From: Burkholderiales bacterium
GTDB lineage: Bacteria; Pseudomonadota; Gammaproteobacteria; Burkholderiales; Burkholderiaceae_C
Reading direction: 5' to 3'
NCBI GenBank assembly: GCA_027484405.1
Contig: JAIXTA010000139.1
Coordinates: 3,930 to 67,929 of the forward strand
DNA: 64,000 nt
The translations under genes and the position numbers were made by a program. The notes under the pieces were generated by a model that was not told the origin of the DNA, did not search any database, and saw only the letters and a list, made by a program, of their open reading frames with translations. Of the stretch, positions 1 to 10,124 are shown one piece after another; position 1 is the first letter of the stretch; the number at the start of each line of letters is the position of its first letter.

Positions 1-548
1 GGCTTCACGTCATCGGGCCCATCGAGCTTGCTCTGCCCCTTGCCCGATGAACTCATCACCGGCTTGACGATGCAGGGGTAGCCGATGGCCGGCTGCCCGT
101 CGGTGCCATCGATGGCGGCCTGCAGCTGCGCCAGCGAATCCGCAAAGCGATAGGGCGACGTTGGCAGTCCGAGCGTCTCTGCCGCCAGGCGGCGGATGCC
201 CTCGCGATCCATGGTCAAACGGGCGGCACGCGCCGTGGGCACCACGCGGACCACGCCCGCAGCTTCCAGCTCCTGCAGCACGGGCGTGGCAATGGCCTCG
301 ATTTCGGGCACCACCAGCATGGGCTTCTCTCGCACGATGAGCTCTCGCAGCGCATCCGGATCGCTCATGGCAATCGTGCGGGCATGATGCGCCACCTGGT
401 GGCCAGGCGCGTTGTCGTAGCGATCGACCGCAATCGTCTCCACCCCGAGGCGCTGCAGCGCGATCAGCACTTCCTTGCCCAGCTCGCCCGCGCCGAGCAG
501 CATGACGCGCGTGGCGCGCGGCGACAGTGGTGTTCCTAGTGTGGTCAT
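1..548 (-). CDS. purT: Formate-dependent phosphoribosylglycinamide formyltransferase, 5' part; runs off the window start
   Basis: Not in the ORF track. Manual translation from ATG 548 gives [44 protein letters not shown]...[13 protein letters not shown]...[12 protein letters not shown], the PurT signature motifs. Confidence 0.95.
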   Translation of the reverse strand, partial: MTTLGTPLSPRATRVMLLGAGELGKEVLIALQRLGVETIAVDRYDNAPGHQVAHHARTIAMSDPDALRELIVREKPMLVVPEIEAIATPVLQELEAAGVVRVVPTARAARLTMDREGIRRLAAETLGLPTSPYRFADSLAQLQAAIDGTDGQPAIGYPCIVKPVMSSSGKGQSKLDGPDDVK

Positions 549-602
549 GAGTGTCCCCTTTGCGACGAGCCATGCCCGGCCCGCCCCCGTGTTTTCGGTC
601 GT

Positions 603-1238
603 TCAGGCCGCGCGCTTGAAAGTGGCCAGCCAGGCACCAGCCACAATGAACAAACTGCCGAAGAATCGGTTGATCCATGCAGTCTCGCGTGGCGAGTTCA
701 TCACCGCAAGCACCCGAGCCGCCAGCGAGGTGTACACGCCCATGACCACCAGGTCGGTGAAGCCCAGGGTGAGCGCAATGATGAGGTACTGCGGCAGGAG
801 CGGCGCGTGGAGGTCCAGAAACTGCGGCATCACGGCCAGCAGGAATACCGTCCCCTTCGGATTCATTGCGTTGACCACAAGCCCCTTGAATACCAGCGCA
901 CGGCGCGTGGAGGTCCCACCCCGCTCCACATGAATGGCGCCGCCCGAGGAGTGAAACGAGTCCTTCCATGCACGCAAGCCCAAGTAAACAAGGTAGGCGA
1001 CGCCTAGCCATTTCACTAGCTGGAATGCCGTGCTGGAAGCAGCAATCAGCGCGCCCAGACCCACAGCCACGAGCAGCACCTGCAGCCAGATGCCCGAGAT
1101 CAGGCCTGCCGTCGTCCAGTACCCCCGACGAAATCCGTAGGCCGCACCGCTGCTCATCGCGGCCACCGCGCCAGCCCCCGGTGAGATGCTGATCGCCCAG
1201 GAGGCGGCAAAGAAGGCAAGCCAGGTCGTCCACTGCAT
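603..1238 (-). CDS. rhtB: LysE/RhtB-family amino acid (homoserine/HSL) efflux protein
   Basis: ISPGAGA N-terminal motif, GxxYLxYLG, NAMNPK, six hydrophobic segments. Confidence 0.85.
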   Translation of the reverse strand: MQWTTWLAFFAASWAISISPGAGAVAAMSSGAAYGFRRGYWTTAGLISGIWLQVLLVAVGLGALIAASSTAFQLVKWLGVAYLVYLGLRAWKDSFHSSGGAIHVERGGTSTRRALVFKGLVVNAMNPKGTVFLLAVMPQFLDLHAPLLPQYLIIALTLGFTDLVVMGVYTSLAARVLAVMNSPRETAWINRFFGSLFIVAGAWLATFKRAA

Positions 1239-1319
1239 GGGTTCGTCTTTCTCGTTTGGCGCCGACTCAGGCGAGCCGCGGCCCGGTCACCACTCAATCC
1301 TCGTCTGCACTCGCGCGCA

Positions 1320-3620
1320 TCACCCAGCGCGGCGTGCCCGCCAAGCCTCGCGCGCCTCGTCCATGTCCGCCTGAAGCTTCAAAAACACTTCGGAGCCACG
1401 CGATTTCTGCAGGGGAAGCCCGACCGCACCGCGGCCCGCACCCACGTAGAGCACCGTACCTGCACTCCGGCGCCATGCATAGGTGAGCGACTGCGCGCTA
1501 CTGCGAGAACGATCGGCGAGGATGTTGAGCGCCGGTTCGGCGCGGCGCTCGAAGCTCGTGCGCTGCAGGATCAGACGCAAGGATTGCCGCGGCGCCACGT
1601 GCACGATCGACAGCAGGCGCGCCGCGGTCTCGGTGTAGACACGCTCGCCGTCCTGACGCAGGACGAGCTGATCCACACGCGGCTCCAACTCCACGCGCGG
1701 CGCGGGCCGCAAGCGCGTGTAGAGGTACCAGCGCAAGCCGGGTCTGATCCGGTTGGCAGTCACATCGGCGAGGTCACCCGCGTCGATCGACCCCTCCAGC
1801 AGCGGCATCCAGCGCGCCGGGGTTGTCATGGCCCAGAGATGCGCGAATCGCTCTGTCAGTACGGGCGCGCCCGGTGCAGTGCGTTGCTTGCTTGCCGGGT
1901 CGTACTCGAAGTTGATCTCGGTATTGCGAGCGGCCGTCAAGTACACGCCAGGGAACCAGTACTGCGAGACCATCTCGCCTGAATCCAGCGCCTCGGTACG
2001 ACCTGCGTTCACGAAGACAGACACCTTGTTGAACGGCCCAATGCGCTGCCACTCATAGTTCTGGTTCGCGTCGATTTTGCGTACGTCGGATTGCGCCACG
2101 AAGCCTGCGTCATTGCGGAAATCGGCGCTGGTGCGCTGAATGGTCAAGCCGGTCTCTGTGCGCTCGGTGCGACCGTACAGACTCGCGTACAGCTTGCTGC
2201 CGGTCTCGGCGCGGGAAGCCGAAAGCTCGCCAGATCCATCAGCCAGCGCAGTCGTGCGTGAGCCCATCCACTGCGCCTTGATGCGCCAGTTTGGCGTGAT
2301 GCTCCAGGTGCCGTCTGCGCCCAGGACTGCGTTCTCGCCGCGCCCGTCTGCATAGCGGCGATCGATGGCGATCGCGCCCACGGTGAGATCACCCACATCG
2401 CTGCGTGCTCGGCTCATCAGCGTGGTGTTGGCCGGCTGCAAAGCTGCACCTGTGCCGTAGGCGCCCGGCAGCAGTGTCAGGCCACCACCCTTGTCACGCG
2501 CCAGCAAGGCGGTGCCGGCCAGACGGTCGCTGCGCCAGCTCGCACGCAGACCCCAGCGGGGGTCGTTCACGCTGCGCGTGTACAGCGCGTCCGTCGGGCT
2601 CGCGAGCAAGTCGCCAGACTCCAGAAAGAAGGGGCGCTTCTCCGAGAGGAACAGCGCAAACCGCGTATTGCGCGACAGCTGCGGAATGTCGAGCTCGACC
2701 TGCGAGAAATCCGGGTTCACTGTGGCATCCACCACCAGCTCGGGGCGCAGGCGCCACTTCACATCCAGCGAGGGCTTGATCTCGCCATCACGGCGCGTCG
2801 GACCACCGGCCGGCTCGTCCTCGGTGCGCCGGACAGTCAACGTTGGACGAACGTTCAGAAATGCATGATCCTGTGGGGGCTTGAAGCCCTCCAGAGGCTG
2901 CACTGCATCGATGAAGGACAGGGCACCGCGCGCAAGCGGCGTCGACAGGACCAGGGTGAACTGCTCGCGGGGGATGCGCCGGCCGATCTGAATGCGCCAT
3001 CGCGCACTCGGGTCCGCGGTATAGCGAAGCGAGGAATACGGGATCCTGAATTCGGCCACCCAGCCGCGTTCACCTTCGTGCTGCCAGGGTGCAGTGACCA
3101 CATCGAAGTCGTAGTCGGGTGCAAAGGATTCATTGTCGTTATCGGCAGTGTGGATGCCATCTGCCGTGCTGCCGGCTGCGTTGGCGCGGAAGAACTGCGC
3201 GGCCTTCCTGCCGCCCACCGGATCGATGTACACGACGACAAAGTCCTGGGTGCGGTTGACCAGGTCGTGCCGCACGAGCGGCTGCCGGATCTGCTCGGGT
3301 CTGGGATCAAGTGCAATGACTGCGACATAGAGCGCACGCTCTCCGTAGGCAACCTGCACGCGGGTCTCGTAGTCCGGTTTGCGACCGCGAACCGGATCGA
3401 TCTCATGAAACTCACGGTACACCGGTGCGCGCTGCCAAACGGCCTCGTCAAGTCGACCGTCCAGACGAATGGCTTCGTCGGAACCGAGCGCCACGGCCCG
3501 GATCGGCTGGACCACGGCAGCGGCGGGCCTCTCCGGGGCACCGGTCTGCGCAAAAGCCGTAAGCGTGCTTGCGAGCACGACGCAAAAGAAGCTGCCTGCA
3601 CGCAGCATGAGGAGACGCAT
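1320..3620 (-). CDS. DUF5916-family outer-membrane protein with N-terminal CBM9-like domain
   Basis: Signal peptide from MRLLMLR (3620); IRLDGRLDEAVW; WVAEFRIPYSSLRY; TVNPDFSQVELD and LFLSEKRPFFLE motifs. The ORF-track start at 3731 is probably too far upstream. Confidence 0.75.
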   Translation of the reverse strand: MRLLMLRAGSFFCVVLASTLTAFAQTGAPERPAAAVVQPIRAVALGSDEAIRLDGRLDEAVWQRAPVYREFHEIDPVRGRKPDYETRVQVAYGERALYVAVIALDPRPEQIRQPLVRHDLVNRTQDFVVVYIDPVGGRKAAQFFRANAAGSTADGIHTADNDNESFAPDYDFDVVTAPWQHEGERGWVAEFRIPYSSLRYTADPSARWRIQIGRRIPREQFTLVLSTPLARGALSFIDAVQPLEGFKPPQDHAFLNVRPTLTVRRTEDEPAGGPTRRDGEIKPSLDVKWRLRPELVVDATVNPDFSQVELDIPQLSRNTRFALFLSEKRPFFLESGDLLASPTDALYTRSVNDPRWGLRASWRSDRLAGTALLARDKGGGLTLLPGAYGTGAALQPANTTLMSRARSDVGDLTVGAIAIDRRYADGRGENAVLGADGTWSITPNWRIKAQWMGSRTTALADGSGELSASRAETGSKLYASLYGRTERTETGLTIQRTSADFRNDAGFVAQSDVRKIDANQNYEWQRIGPFNKVSVFVNAGRTEALDSGEMVSQYWFPGVYLTAARNTEINFEYDPASKQRTAPGAPVLTERFAHLWAMTTPARWMPLLEGSIDAGDLADVTANRIRPGLRWYLYTRLRPAPRVELEPRVDQLVLRQDGERVYTETAARLLSIVHVAPRQSLRLILQRTSFERRAEPALNILADRSRSSAQSLTYAWRRSAGTVLYVGAGRGAVGLPLQKSRGSEVFLKLQADMDEAREAWRARRAG

Positions 3621-3835
3621 GGAACGATTCGAGTGTGCTTGGCCAATGGCAAGGCGCCGGGCCTGCAGCAGGGGGCGCTGCAGGCCAGAATTGCAGCAGG
3701 TCGCGCGGGCCTCAGGGCTCGTGTGCTGCACCGGACCTGGCGTGCTTCGTGGGATCGTGCTGAACGCCCTGCACCGGCATGCTTTCGGCGCCGCAGTGTA
3801 GCGAGCGGCCCTTGTCCAGGCCGCTCCGGGCCCGG

Positions 3836-4651
3836 TCAGCGACGCCGGAACAGATCGCCCAGACCAGGGAGCATCTGTTGCAGCTGCGAGGGCATGTACT
3901 TGTGCAGCTCGCGCTCGATCTGGCGCATGGCTTCCTCCTGAAGCGCCTTCAGGGCGTCGTCAAAGCTGCCTGCCTGAAATACCGGCGGAACATTTCGAAG
4001 GACGCCGAATTCGCGCGCCAGCCGAAGCGCATCCTGAGGGACGTATGCGCTCTGGCCTTTGGCAACGCTGATGCGCTGGCCGTCTGCGGCTTCGAGAAAT
4101 GTGGCCCCCTCGATGACTCGGCTGTAGGTACCCGCGCGAACCTCGCCGCTGTCCGCAGGAATCACGACGACCTCGAAATCTGTGCCTCGCACGCCGATGG
4201 TCGCGCTTGCCGTTCGCACTTGCACACTCGCTGGATTGCGTCGGCCCATCACGCCCGTGATTGCACGCAGGGCGCCGCTGAGCAGCTGGATCGTTGTCCC
4301 GTCGGCCTTGGCGTCCTTGGGGTCTGGCGTGAAGGTGTACTTCACCAGCGTGATCTGCGAGTTCGGACGCAAAGCAATGAGGGCGCCGTCCACCATGCGC
4401 AGCACCGCCTCGCCGTTCCCTTCAGTGACGATCCGCTCGCCCTCGTAAACCGGGGCCTTGATAGTCGCGATGCGCTCGCCGCCGCCTCCGGCGAGGCGAA
4501 CGGTACCGGCGAGCCGCTCGACGGTTCCAGCCGCGACCAGCGGCAGCGGTAGGCTCTGGGCACGCACGGCGGGCTGCAGGCACATCAGGCACATCAGTCC
4601 GATTGCGAATAAGCCTGCCCACCTGCTTGCCAACAACATCAAGCGCACCAT
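3836..4651 (-). CDS. Secreted FecR-domain protein
   Basis: Signal peptide, then VYEGERIVT, DGALIALRPNSQ, LLSGALRAITG and VRTASATIGVRGTDF, typical of the FecR domain. SD GGAGA upstream. Confidence 0.8.
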   Translation of the reverse strand: MVRLMLLASRWAGLFAIGLMCLMCLQPAVRAQSLPLPLVAAGTVERLAGTVRLAGGGGERIATIKAPVYEGERIVTEGNGEAVLRMVDGALIALRPNSQITLVKYTFTPDPKDAKADGTTIQLLSGALRAITGVMGRRNPASVQVRTASATIGVRGTDFEVVVIPADSGEVRAGTYSRVIEGATFLEAADGQRISVAKGQSAYVPQDALRLAREFGVLRNVPPVFQAGSFDDALKALQEEAMRQIERELHKYMPSQLQQMLPGLGDLFRRR

Positions 4652-4854
4652 GTCTCTCCCATGCCCTTGTTTTGCGGGCAGTTCCGGCCGGAAAGATACG
4701 CGAGTGCGTTGACGCGTGCCTGTCAGGTCACGAAAAACAACCGTTCTTCACCCTTGTTCGCGTTTCGCATGAGAATTGCGCCAAAATCAACGCACTTTGG
4801 CCTACATTTTCAGACCGCCTGCCCCACAATCCCGTCAGGCGTCGTGAGGATTTC

Positions 4855-7158
4855 ATGGCATTGACACCGCAGACTCGGCAGCCCCTGCCCGGAGACAGCG
4901 CACGCTTCAAGCAAGCGCGACTGCTGCTGCGCGGCATGGTGACCCAGTCGATGGACTTTGCCAGCGCGACGTTCGACGACACCATCACGCGTCTGCGCAA
5001 GCATCTGTTCGATCTCGCGGATCGTTCAGAATCATCGGTCAGAGCCTCGCATTGGCTGTCCGCATACAACCTGCTGGGCCGCCAGGGCGAGGTATTCAAG
5101 CGATCCTTCCTCAACTGCCTGCGCACGACGCTGGACGAACAGGCCGAGGCGCCGCTGCGTTCCCGCTCTGAAAGCGTGCTCGCTGCGGGCGCCCTGTCCC
5201 TCGTAGACGTCGCAGAGCAGGATCGTGCCGTCCTGCTGGATCGCGTGTCGCGGCCAATCAATGCGTTCTACGAGGATGAAGTCGCGCCATTGACGCACCG
5301 CTGCGGCGTCCTCTTTGGCGACGATGAGCCCTTGCTCGCTCGCAATCCCGTCCGCCCGGAAGTGTTCCTGCGCGCCTTCATGCAAGGCTGGGAGATGGCG
5401 GGACTTGACTCGCACGCCACTGAAGATCTGCTGCTGTCGATCACGCCGCAAACCTTCTTTCCGCTCGATGTCCTGTACGACGCGCTCGACCGCACGCTGA
5501 TCAAGGCCGGGGTGGCCCCAAAGCTGCAACTTCGTGTGCGCAAGGCACGCGATACCGGAGTCATGCCGCCCTCTGCGTTTCGCATCACCGAGAGTGGCCC
5601 ATCCGACGATGCGAAAACCACTCTGTGGCGCCAGCTCAACGAGGAACAGCAGGCCGGACTCGACAGCCGCGACTGGGGCGGCGCAGGCTTTCAGGACTCC
5701 ATTCTGCGGATTGGCCAGTCCGCCAAGGAGTTCCTTGGCAAGCTTTCGAACATGCTGCGTCGACCACTGTTCACCGGCGATAGCGACTCCAGCGCGGCAT
5801 TGCTCCCGCAGCCTGACCCTCAATTCGTCGGCTTCCTCAACTCCCTGCAAGCCCGGGCGCTCGATGAGCCTCAGCCCATCGTCGTTGGCGATGTCGACGA
5901 AATTGCCATCCCCGAGAACATGCTCCGGGCCATGGCCGAGTCGGATCGCGTCAAGGAAGCGCCCGAGCTTGACCGGGGCACGGTCGAAGTGCTCGCTCAA
6001 GTCTTCGACTATGTCTTCTCGGAAATCTCGATTCCGTCGCAACTCAAGGTCGTGATTTCGCGCCTGCAGATTCCGGTGCTCAAGGCGGCGATGATTGATC
6101 GCGAGTTCTTCTTCAAGGACGAGCATCCGGCACGCAAGCTGGTCGACTCGTTGGCTCGCGCTTCGATCGCCTGGGCGCCTGAAAAGGGCGAGGACGACCC
6201 GCTCTATGCACAGATCGAAAAGACCGTCCAGCGAGTCCTCAGCGACTTCCAGGAGGATCTGTCGCTATTCACGGAGCTGCTAGAGGAATTCGAACGCTTC
6301 CTGTTCGAATCCGAGCAGCAGGTTGCAGCGCGCATCGAGCCCCAGGCAAACGATGCGGCCACCAATGAACAGTTCGAACTGGCGCTGCGCACCGCCGACG
6401 AGTGCGTGCACTCCCGCTTGGCGGGGCGCGAGATTGATGCGCTGCTGACCCCCTTTCTGACCAATCAATGGCGCGAGGTGCTCGCGCACGCGTGGCTCAA
6501 CCGGGAGCGGCGGCCGGATGTGTGGGACCGTGCGGTCGAGACCATGGACCAATTGATCTGGTCCGTGAAGCCCAAGGCCACACCGGAAGATCGGCGCCAG
6601 CTGGTGTCCGTGCTGCCGACCATGGTCAGGCACATCAACGTCGCGCTGGATGCAATCCGCTGGACCGGTGATGAACGCGCTGCATTTACCAAGCGCCTCA
6701 TCGAGACTCACACGCGAGTTGTTCGCGCTGGAACGACCGAAACCGCGGCCGACCCAATGCTGCAGCAAGCCGAGGAGGCTGCTGCCAGTTCCGCACGCGA
6801 AGCGCTTGAAGCACGTCGCGCGAATGTGAACAGCTCGATCGAGGATCCCTATGACGAGCAGGCGCACAGACTGACCCGCAATACTTGGTTCGACTTCATC
6901 GCTGACGACGGCAGCGAGCGCCGCTACCGCCTTTCCTGGGTCAGCCCGATGCGAACACGGCTGCTGTTCACCAATCGCGAGGGCTTCGACGCATTCGTGC
7001 ACTCAGAGCGCGATGTTGCTCGACTACTGCGCACCGGTCGTTTGCGGCCTGTGGATGTGGAGCCCATCGTCGCGCGTGCGCTTGGCGCACTGCTGGGTGA
7101 GGACGCGGGAGATATCCTCAATGCATCCCAAAGCGGCGGACCCGCCGCAGCGCACTGA
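4855..7158 (+). CDS. DUF1631-family protein, paralog 1
   Basis: VFDYVF...IP..LK..ISRLQIPVLKAAMIDREFF...HPARKL; C-terminal WFDF...RYRLSWVSP..TRLLFTNREG. Start placed at MALTPQ (GAGG upstream). Confidence 0.8.
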   Translation: MALTPQTRQPLPGDSARFKQARLLLRGMVTQSMDFASATFDDTITRLRKHLFDLADRSESSVRASHWLSAYNLLGRQGEVFKRSFLNCLRTTLDEQAEAPLRSRSESVLAAGALSLVDVAEQDRAVLLDRVSRPINAFYEDEVAPLTHRCGVLFGDDEPLLARNPVRPEVFLRAFMQGWEMAGLDSHATEDLLLSITPQTFFPLDVLYDALDRTLIKAGVAPKLQLRVRKARDTGVMPPSAFRITESGPSDDAKTTLWRQLNEEQQAGLDSRDWGGAGFQDSILRIGQSAKEFLGKLSNMLRRPLFTGDSDSSAALLPQPDPQFVGFLNSLQARALDEPQPIVVGDVDEIAIPENMLRAMAESDRVKEAPELDRGTVEVLAQVFDYVFSEISIPSQLKVVISRLQIPVLKAAMIDREFFFKDEHPARKLVDSLARASIAWAPEKGEDDPLYAQIEKTVQRVLSDFQEDLSLFTELLEEFERFLFESEQQVAARIEPQANDAATNEQFELALRTADECVHSRLAGREIDALLTPFLTNQWREVLAHAWLNRERRPDVWDRAVETMDQLIWSVKPKATPEDRRQLVSVLPTMVRHINVALDAIRWTGDERAAFTKRLIETHTRVVRAGTTETAADPMLQQAEEAAASSAREALEARRANVNSSIEDPYDEQAHRLTRNTWFDFIADDGSERRYRLSWVSPMRTRLLFTNREGFDAFVHSERDVARLLRTGRLRPVDVEPIVARALGALLGEDAGDILNASQSGGPAAAH

Positions 7159-7161
7159 TTC

Positions 7162-9531
7162 ATGGCAGCAGGCATCGAGTCTCCCAGCCCCATGATGACG
7201 CCTGTCGAGCGCTCTGCGAGCGTTCGCCCGAAGGGCATGCCCGCATTGCTCGAACGCTTGACCGCAGTTGCGTATGACCATGTAGCGCGCAATCACGGCG
7301 AGATCGTTCGCGGGCTCTCGGCCGCGCTGCGTGCCGAAGCTGAGAAGGAAGCGGATTCGCGTACGTCGAGCCGTCAGATGCAGCTGGCCATGCTGCTCGA
7401 GCAGAAGGAGGCCGCACTGCGTCTGTCGCACCTCGCTGCGCTCCGAGAGGCGCTCGTCAAGGAATGCGCCACACAGCTCCTTCCTGATGTTCAGCTTGAG
7501 GCTGAACCTCCGGCTGGGGAACTTGCACTCGTGGATACGTCCGTGCAGGACCGGCGCGTACGGGCGGACCGTGCCGCCAGCCCGATTCTGAATGCGGTCG
7601 AAGAGTCATCGACCTTCGTCATTCGTCGAATCTGCGCCGGCCTCAAGCAACCGATGCGCGAGGGCGTGCTCAATCCCTTCAGGCCGTACACCTTTGTTCA
7701 GGCCCTTTCACAGGGCTGGGCCAACTCCGGGCTGGATCAATACGCCGAGGAGTTGCTCCTCACGGCAGTCACACCCAAGAACTTCATCAAGTTCGAGGCG
7801 CTGTACGAAGAGCTGCAGGACGCCCTGACTCGGGCCGGCGTCCCCCATGACCCCGGCTATCAGGTTCGCGCCGCGAAGCAGGCGGCTCAGCGCGCCGCGG
7901 AGCAGCGTGTTGCGGCTGCGGAGTCAAATCCCACACCGCAGTCCGGTGCGGATGATGAGCACGCAGAAAAGCTGCACTCGGAAGTGACCGCTGAGCACGA
8001 TGCTGATGCGGCGCCTTCACAACCTGCCACGAAGGTCCGCAGCCGGCTGCGGCCCGAGTACCGGGCCAAGGTGGCTCGCGCGCTTCAGCAACTGGTGACG
8101 CTGGGCCTCAAAGAGGGCGGAAGCGGGCAGCCGGGCGCAGTGGATCCGGAGCTGATGGAAACGCTGACCCTGACGCAAGCTCGCATGCTGATCGAAACGC
8201 GGGACAGCGACAAGTATCGCAACGTCCTCACCGATCTCTCTCGGAGCCCCGAGTTCAAGCGCGCGCCCGCCGTGGATCGGCTCACTGCGGCCGCGCTGGC
8301 CGAAGTATTCGACGAAGTGTTTGAGGATCGGGTGATTCCTTCACCGCTCAAGCCCTTGATCGGCCAGTCGCAGATCCCGGTGCTCAAGAGCGCCATGCTC
8401 GACCGGCGCTTCTTCTCTCACAAAGAGCACCCGGGGCGCCAGCTGCTGGAAAACATGGTCTCTGTGGCGGCGGGCTGGCGCCCTGAGTTCGGCAAGCAGG
8501 ACGCGTCCTACCTGTTCTTGAAGGCCGTGGGCAAGGACCTGCTTTCGGGCGTCGTCGACAACCTGCTGACCTTCGAGACCATCAACGAAAAGTTCACGAA
8601 GCTCAAGGCGGCAAAGGAACGGTTGATCGAGTACGAGCTCAAGCCCTACCTGTCTGAACTCGAGACCAATGAAAAGCTGGAGCTCGCACTGCACGCCGCT
8701 GACGAGTGCCTGCATGCACGTCTGAAGTGGCGCGAGCCAGCGCCGTTCATGATCCCCTTCCTCTTGACGCGCTGGCGCCTGGCACTCGCCTTTGCCTTTT
8801 CGCGCCGGGGCGAGGATCTGCAGCGCTGGAAGGATATGGTCGCCATTACCGAGGGGCTGATCTGGTCCGTGGAGCCAAAGCACAAGGAAGAGGACCGCGC
8901 CAAGCTGGTTTCAAGCCTGCCGAAGCTCGCTGCATCCGTTTCCGCTGTGCTGGATCAGGTCGGCTGGAAGGGCACGGATCGTGATGCGTTCATGCAGCGT
9001 CTGATGCGAACCCACGCGGATCTCGCCTTCGGGGGCAACAAGCTGCCGGAAGACGAACGCCAGAAGCAGCAAGACATGATCAACGCGCATGCAGAAATCG
9101 AGGCGCTGCGCGCTCGACGTCGTTCGGTGTTCGAGGGTGGCGACAACCCCTATCTCGAAGAAGCGCGCAACTATCGCCCAGGCGGGTGGTTCGACTTCGT
9201 GGCCGACAACGGCACGAATCATCGGTATCGCGTCAGCCAGATCAGCCCTCGGCGCACGCGCATCGTCTTTTCGTGGCACAACGGCAAGGAAGCGTTCGTG
9301 CGCAAGGACGCGGAGCTTGCCAGGCAGATTGCCCAGGGCCAGGTGTACGGACTCGATGCCAACCGGATGGTCACCAAGGCCATCTCGCAGCTGCTCGGTT
9401 CCGATGCGGCGCAGACCATCGAGGTCGCGCCACCCGGCATGGTCGCAGGCACACACCTGCCCAATCAGGACTTTGTGGACACCGCGTCAGGCCCATTCGC
9501 GCAGACGATGCCTGCTCCTGACCCGCAGTAG
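7162..9531 (+). CDS. DUF1631-family protein, paralog 2
   Basis: VFDEVF...IP.PLK.LIGQSQIPVLKSAMLDRRFF...HPGRQLL; C-terminal WFDF...RYRVSQISP. Starts 3 nt after the paralog 1 stop. Confidence 0.8.
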   Translation: MAAGIESPSPMMTPVERSASVRPKGMPALLERLTAVAYDHVARNHGEIVRGLSAALRAEAEKEADSRTSSRQMQLAMLLEQKEAALRLSHLAALREALVKECATQLLPDVQLEAEPPAGELALVDTSVQDRRVRADRAASPILNAVEESSTFVIRRICAGLKQPMREGVLNPFRPYTFVQALSQGWANSGLDQYAEELLLTAVTPKNFIKFEALYEELQDALTRAGVPHDPGYQVRAAKQAAQRAAEQRVAAAESNPTPQSGADDEHAEKLHSEVTAEHDADAAPSQPATKVRSRLRPEYRAKVARALQQLVTLGLKEGGSGQPGAVDPELMETLTLTQARMLIETRDSDKYRNVLTDLSRSPEFKRAPAVDRLTAAALAEVFDEVFEDRVIPSPLKPLIGQSQIPVLKSAMLDRRFFSHKEHPGRQLLENMVSVAAGWRPEFGKQDASYLFLKAVGKDLLSGVVDNLLTFETINEKFTKLKAAKERLIEYELKPYLSELETNEKLELALHAADECLHARLKWREPAPFMIPFLLTRWRLALAFAFSRRGEDLQRWKDMVAITEGLIWSVEPKHKEEDRAKLVSSLPKLAASVSAVLDQVGWKGTDRDAFMQRLMRTHADLAFGGNKLPEDERQKQQDMINAHAEIEALRARRRSVFEGGDNPYLEEARNYRPGGWFDFVADNGTNHRYRVSQISPRRTRIVFSWHNGKEAFVRKDAELARQIAQGQVYGLDANRMVTKAISQLLGSDAAQTIEVAPPGMVAGTHLPNQDFVDTASGPFAQTMPAPDPQ

Positions 9532-9548
9532 CTCCTGGTGCTGCACTG

Positions 9549-10124
9549 CTAGGCGCGGACGGGTCTCTTCGCCAGCTTTCGCTGGAGCGTGCGGCGATGC
9601 ATCTTCAATGCGCGCGCCGTGGCTGAAATGTTGCCCTGATGCTCGGCAAGCACACGCTGTATGTGCTCCCACTCCAGCCGATCGACACTCATGGGCTCCG
9701 AAGGGACAGGCGCCGGCGTATCCGATGGCGACACCTCGAACGCCTTGAGAATCGCGCCGACTTCGACCGGTTTGGTCAGATAATTCAGCGCCCCGAGTTT
9801 GATCGCGTCGACCGCGGTGGCGATGCTCGCATAGCCTGTCAGGATCACGATCTTCGAAGCAGGTGCCGCTTCGATCAGCCTGGGCAGCACAAGCAGGCCG
9901 CTTTCCCCAGGCATCGAGAGGTCCAGCAGAATGCGGCGCGGCTGCAGTCTGCGCGCCAAGCCGGCGGCAGCCGCACCGCTCTCGGCGGTGGCCACGACAA
10001 ATCCGCGCCGATCCAGCATGCGTGCGAGAACACTGCGAAAAGCCTCATCGTCATCCACGATGAGGAAGTCGACCGGACCCTCCACAGGCGTTCCATCGGG
10101 TCGAAGTGATGTCGATTCATTCAT
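9549..10124 (-). CDS. regA: RegA/PrrA/ActR-family response regulator
   Basis: REC domain plus the highly conserved SVDRLEWEHIQRVL..HQGNISATARALKMHRRTLQRKL HTH. Confidence 0.92.
   Translation of the reverse strand: MNESTSLRPDGTPVEGPVDFLIVDDDEAFRSVLARMLDRRGFVVATAESGAAAAGLARRLQPRRILLDLSMPGESGLLVLPRLIEAAPASKIVILTGYASIATAVDAIKLGALNYLTKPVEVGAILKAFEVSPSDTPAPVPSEPMSVDRLEWEHIQRVLAEHQGNISATARALKMHRRTLQRKLAKRPVRA

Noticed and set aside
3836-4651. Classical FecI/FecR/FecA signalling
   Set aside because: Both FecR-domain proteins have cleavable-type signal peptides and no cytoplasmic anti-sigma domain, and there is no ECF sigma gene in the window.
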